This document shows positions 58,861 to 64,000 of a stretch of 64,000 bases of DNA, one piece after another. The notes under the pieces were generated by a model that saw only the letters and a list, made by a program, of their open reading frames with translations, had not been told where the DNA came from and did no database searches. The stretch spans positions 73,098,001-73,162,000 of the forward strand of contig OZ241829.1 of NCBI GenBank assembly GCA_965202585.1. The letters run 5' to 3'. Each line of letters begins with the position of its first letter. The stretch's first letter is position 1. Position numbers and translations under genes: made by a program. This stretch comes from Thalia democratica (lineage: Eukaryota).

Positions 58861-59734
58861 ATAGCAATTAAAGTTCCAACAGTTTAACATTTTAATAATT
58901 TTTAAAAGAGCGTAAATTCAAAGGTAATTTGAATTTAAAAAAAAAGGATACCTTAGTATATATTACAATATTGTGTCAGTAAAATGTATTCATTTTTTCT
59001 ATTAGCTTCTATTAACAAAAAAATCAAAGTCCTAAAAAGTGTTTTGGATAAAAACATAAATGATTTTATTGTTCTTGTTATTAAATATTCAATTGCAAAA
59101 TAATATTTAATACATTTATTCATAGTTGCTTTCTAAGTGACAACTAAGATTCATAAAAATTTTAAATATATAAATTTGCATTGTCACGTACCCGTTTTTA
59201 CCAAATATTAGAAAGATAGTTAAATGTAACGAAGGTAATTATCTAAAAAACAATCAGTACGTATTTTATAAAAAAATATAACATTTACCATTCTTAGAAT
59301 TTTCTTTAGTAAACTTTTTACTTGAATAAAGTTTTTTTTTAATTCATTGTTAAATAATTAAAACAAAAACACAATTTAATTTTTTTATTAACAAGCACTA
59401 AGTTATTAGTTGAATAAGATAACAACTTATTGTATTAATAGTATTTGTTAAGAGTAAACTAGTAAAAAACATTGAAAAACTTTTTTTTAAAAAGTGAAAA
59501 CATAATTTTTTTGTTTTGTATACACTATTGTTTAGTATTTAAAAGTTATGCAAAAATAATTTTTTAATTTTTTTATAAGTGACTTAAAACTATTAGAATT
59601 TTCTGTTTTTATTTCATATATTTGTTTTAGCTAGTATATATTTCAGCCATCATCAACAAGTTGAGATATTTAATGCCATTGAATATAAATAACGAACTTC
59701 ACCACACGATCAACAATAACAGCATCCGAGACAA

Positions 59735-59777
59735 TCCTACGACCGCTTTCGTCCTAATTAGTATTCATCAGGCAGGA
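59735..59777 (-). ncRNA. Minimal type I hammerhead ribozyme (Penelope-type) with intact core and weakened stems
   Basis: Minus strand: TCCTGC-CTGATGA-atactaattaggac-GAAA-GCGG-TC-GTAGGA. Stem I is 6 bp (one G-U). Stem II is two substitutions from GTCCTAATTAGGAC. It sits in a GC-richer island at about 59640-59865. Confidence 0.65.
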
Positions 59778-60529
59778 ACAGTCGCGAGAAACCGCTGTTG
59801 TGATCTAACCAAGCGGGCTTAAGTACGAAGTACTGAAGCGACTTTACAAACAAACTGTCGCTCTTTTAAAAAAAGAACACTAGAAAAATAAAATAACATT
59901 AAATTGCTAATTGTTTTGTTATTTTTGTACAATTTTATGGTTATAAAATGATTTTTACTGTAAAAATTAACTAAACAGTAAAAACAATTATTTAAAACAC
60001 AATGTCATAAAAGTTTTTTGAAATAAAATTAATATAAGTGGTTTTTATGATTAAACTTTATTCAGATTATTACAAATATTTTTGATAGCTAACTTTTGTA
60101 CTATACAAAACTGTTTTAAAATTTTTCATTAAATTAAATGTTTAAAATATTACATTGTAAGTGTTGTCATAAATATTTTAAATTTATTTATATAACTTGT
60201 TTGAAATAATTACTTTTAGCACCACTGTATTTAAGTGTTAGTTAATTAGTAAAAAGTTATAATATTAAACAAAATTAATAGTGATTAAATAGAAAATTTT
60301 AAACTTCTATACTTTTTTTCATTTATTATGAAGTATGAAATAAAATGAATGAAAACTATTTTTGTAACTACTTTATTTCTTTAACTTGAATTAAAAACAA
60401 TAAATGTGAAAGTTGTGTTTACGGATAACTTAAGATATCTGATGATTTACAATAATTTTGCTTTTTTTTTAGTATAACAGCTATAATTATAGAGGACATT
60501 CTCTGAAAATGTTTATGCAAGTAGTTTAA

Positions 60530-62590
60530 AAATTTTTAAATCAGGATTAAAAACTTAAATAGGAAACTATAGACCCATTTCACTTCTTCTAATTTAAACA
60601 AAATAATTGAAAAAGTAATCTATGATCGCCTGTACACTTTTTTTTTAAATAAAGATTTTAAAAATTCTGAGTCGGCTTTGGACAGAATCATTCCACCACT
60701 TTAGCTTTGTTTGAGTTCGTTGAAGGGGTTCTGTCCAATTTCGATGAAAAAATGCAGTTTGTGCAGTCTTTTGGATTTAAGTAGAGCATTTGATAGTGTA
60801 CATAGATATATCTTACTAAGGAAACTGGAATGATTTGGTGTGAAAGGAAATATGCATTTACCAATCAGTTTATATCTAGATGTAAGGAAACAATTCGTTA
60901 GCTATGAGTCAACATGTGAAAAAAAAAGAAGTTTGGGTACCACAAGGCTCAGTAATATGACCGTTGTAACATATAAATGACTTACAGAATAATACTAGTC
61001 TTAACGTCCGTAACTTTGCAGATGATACAATGTTATACAAAACATTCACAAAGAACATATATCTAAGTGACAGTAAAAATTATAACACAGAGCTATATCA
61101 GATTATATCATTGGCTTAGGAGAAAAAACTTAAACTAAATGTTAATAATACCAGAAGCATGATTTTATAAAAATAAAAAAATATTTTTTGGAAAAATTTA
61201 GATACTAATGTAAAAATAGGTAAAACAGTTATAACAAACTCAAATAGCTATAAATATGTTAGGATAATCATAGACAGTAAATTAAAATGGTCAGAACACA
61301 TAGAAAACATAAAAACAAAGTTACAAAAACATTGGGTGTATTATATAAAACTTAAAACTTCTTAAATACACAAGTATTGTGCTTGATCTTTAATTCTTTA
61401 CGTATGAGCAATGTTAGATATGGCTTGTTAAAACGAAAAAAAGATAAAAGAGTAAAAGAAATATAAATGATATTAATGTGCCATAAACAGAACACTTTAC
61501 AGAATACATTATAAGAAATATGATGATAGTGTAAAAGAATTAAAAACTCAGAATAAAATATTAGATGTTGAAAGTCTGTATCTATATAAATTAGGTCTGT
61601 TTATGTTAAGTTTACTAATAATTTGTTACCTGATAATTTTAAAAATTACTACAAAATTGTAGGAAATACCCATAATTATCATACCAGGTCCTCAGAAACA
61701 AATTTTTCCTACCCAAATTCAACAGCAAAATAGGTCATAAATCGCTATTTTACCAAGGAAGTAAGTTATAGATTGAGCTAACATTATGTTTAAAAAATAA
61801 AAGTCATCTTGGAAAGTTCCAGTATAAACTTAAAAATTATCTATTATACAGTTATTAACAAGGTTATTAGTGGTCATTGCTACTCGTCTATTTACTTTTT
61901 TATAAGGGCTTAATAGTATTTATTAACATTTTAAGCTCAGAAAAGTATTCAATATATAAAAATGTGTATAAAAAAAAAAGAAATTTGTTGTTGTTAAAAT
62001 TTATATTGTTTATGTCCTTATTAAAAATATAAATTTAACAGTACTTATCATTTTATTTTCATTTATAAAATTTAAGTTGAGTTATCGTAGAATTCACTAT
62101 CTTAAAGTTATTAAAATCTACGCAATAGTTTATGTATATATTGGAAAGTAAAATTGTTTAAACTGTTCCATAAAAATTATTCGATAAAATAAAATTAAAT
62201 CTTTAAACGCAAAGTACTGATAAAATTAAACGAAAAAATATTTAAGCGTATTATATTTTGGCTTTCTTTAAAAAGTTTTTAACATTGCATTCAAGTAAAC
62301 AAATGTTTGCTTTAATTATTTTTTATCTTCTTTTATAAATTGATTTCAAGTTATGTATATCTATTTCTTTAGTTCTTATCTTACTAAACAAGTTTTTAAG
62401 TACGTTTTTATACACAAAATTTAGTTAATTTTCGTTTAGTCTTTTTTTACTTTCATTTCGTTTAACTGACTTTTCTATTACTAAATTTTTAAATATTTTA
62501 ATTATAAAAATAAATTCTAATAGCTCGTAAGAAATGTTACAAGTATGTGGTGTACGACTCAATAACCATAAGGTTCCTTTGTACACCAGG
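60530..62590 (+). mobile_element. 5'-truncated, decayed CR1/L2-type LINE (RT + 3' tail)
   Basis: RT motifs in shifting frames: NYRPISLL (60565), DLSRAFDSV (60774), VPQGSV (60937), INDL, FADDT (61015) and C-terminal HNYHTR (about 61670), with many stops and frameshifts. A 3' stem-loop GGTGTAC...GTACACC is at 62549-62587. Confidence 0.88.
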
Positions 62591-64000
62591 TCTTTAGACC
62601 AAATTTTTTCTTTTGTTTTTTAGAGCGCTTTTATTTATCGCTCAAATAACAATATAAACCCGTTCAATGAAACTGCAATAATAATTTTTTATAAAAAATT
62701 TTAGTTATAAAGTACACGAGTACCAACATCGGCACCCTTTCGATTTTTTTCTAAAATCTTAAAAAACAAATAAGAATGTTGTAAATGTAAATGTTTCAAA
62801 GTATAAAAACTTGCTGAGTATTGAATCTTTTTAAACAATACAGTGCTTTAAACTAAATGTAAAATTATTTTAGAACAACTTCTAATACTAGTAAATGATA
62901 ATATTTTAATTATTAATTTTAAAATTATGAAAAGAACATTATGAAGATTTTAAATACTAGTGAGTAATAAATAACAAGAATAAGACAACAGTTTATGTTG
63001 ATATTTTAACATAACTGACAATGTTATATAGATTAAATGCTTAACAAAGTGTATTTTGAAACGTTGTTAATCAAATGTTAAAATTACCCTATATATAAGA
63101 TTAAATTAACTAAAAAGATAAATTTTGATCACCGATTTTAAGAATGTAAAATTTTTTTTTTTTAATTTTTACAAATAAAAATATAAAGATACTTATTTCC
63201 AAATAAACCACTGTCGGTAGACGAAGATTTTTTTTCTATTAGCTGAAGTTATTTATAATAAAAGATTTCTACTATAGTTTTCAATATTTTATAGTTTCAA
63301 TATTTTGAAAGCAAAACATAGTTTTTACTTGATTTAAAAATTCACTCCTTTTTGTTTTGACAAGACAAGTAGAAACAATTTAAGTTAAAATTACTGAAAT
63401 CAAATTTTTAAACAAAATCTTTTTATCTTAATTTTTTTTTTAATTTGCAGCATTTTTTAATATAGATATAAGCGAAACTGTTAAATTTCTTCTTTCTTAA
63501 TTTACCAAACGTTTATTTAAAGTAAACTTACAGATTACCAAATTAATTATGATTATTAATTTAATATTACTTAATAAGTTAATATTAAGTTATTTCATTT
63601 CGAGACTTAAGCATATAACACAAACTATTCTATTATAAATTTTATTCTAGTTTTATTCCAGTATTTTTGATGTAAAAGATCAAATTTCTATTTAATTTAA
63701 ATTCAAGTTTACCCCTTATTTAAAAATATTAATACTTTTAGTTAAGAAATAATATATTAAAACGTTTTCTTTTATACACTATATGAAGTCAGATCTTGTG
63801 CATTGATTTATTAGTTTATACTAAAATATTTTTTCATGATACACGAAAACTAAAATCAATTAACAAACAAAACTAAACGGTATGAACGAAAATAAACTAA
63901 ACTAACATAGAACGCAACGGTAAAACATAGTTACTTTTTTGATCTTCAACTAAATTTTTGTAGCTATTAGCACATATGTAATACAACTTTTCAAACAAGT

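Overview
AT-rich (about 25% GC by eye) animal genomic DNA with spliceosomal introns. It is probably a tunicate (ascidian-like); this is an unverified inference from the abundance of TGACGTCA in exons. (1) A + strand BCR/ABR-family gene, hand-assembled from 30 phase-consistent GT-AG exons (1704-41431, about 1200 aa): a low-complexity N-terminus, then DH, PH, C2 and RhoGAP domains. The GAP arginine finger is intact, while the DH catalytic residues look degenerate. (2) A 5-exon, 547-aa orphan gene nested antisense in intron 3 of that gene. (3) A convergent tandem family of single-exon, Lys-rich proteins with an N-terminal signal anchor: two intact copies, one copy with a long open frame behind two TAA stops, and two decayed fragments. 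The copies differ in their repeat linkers and have a hypervariable C-terminus, and the two intact copies share an RFX X-box-like element upstream. (4) Mobile DNA: two hAT MITEs, a TA-flanked hairpin element, a decayed CR1/L2-type LINE with its 3' stem-loop, and two degenerate Penelope-type minimal hammerhead ribozymes. The best leads are the anchored family (especially the stop-interrupted but preserved copy), the nested orphan gene, the exon-focused TGACGTCA excess with exon-by-exon GC3 switching, and T at +3 in 17 of 29 splice donors. All gene models were built by eye and lack transcript support.
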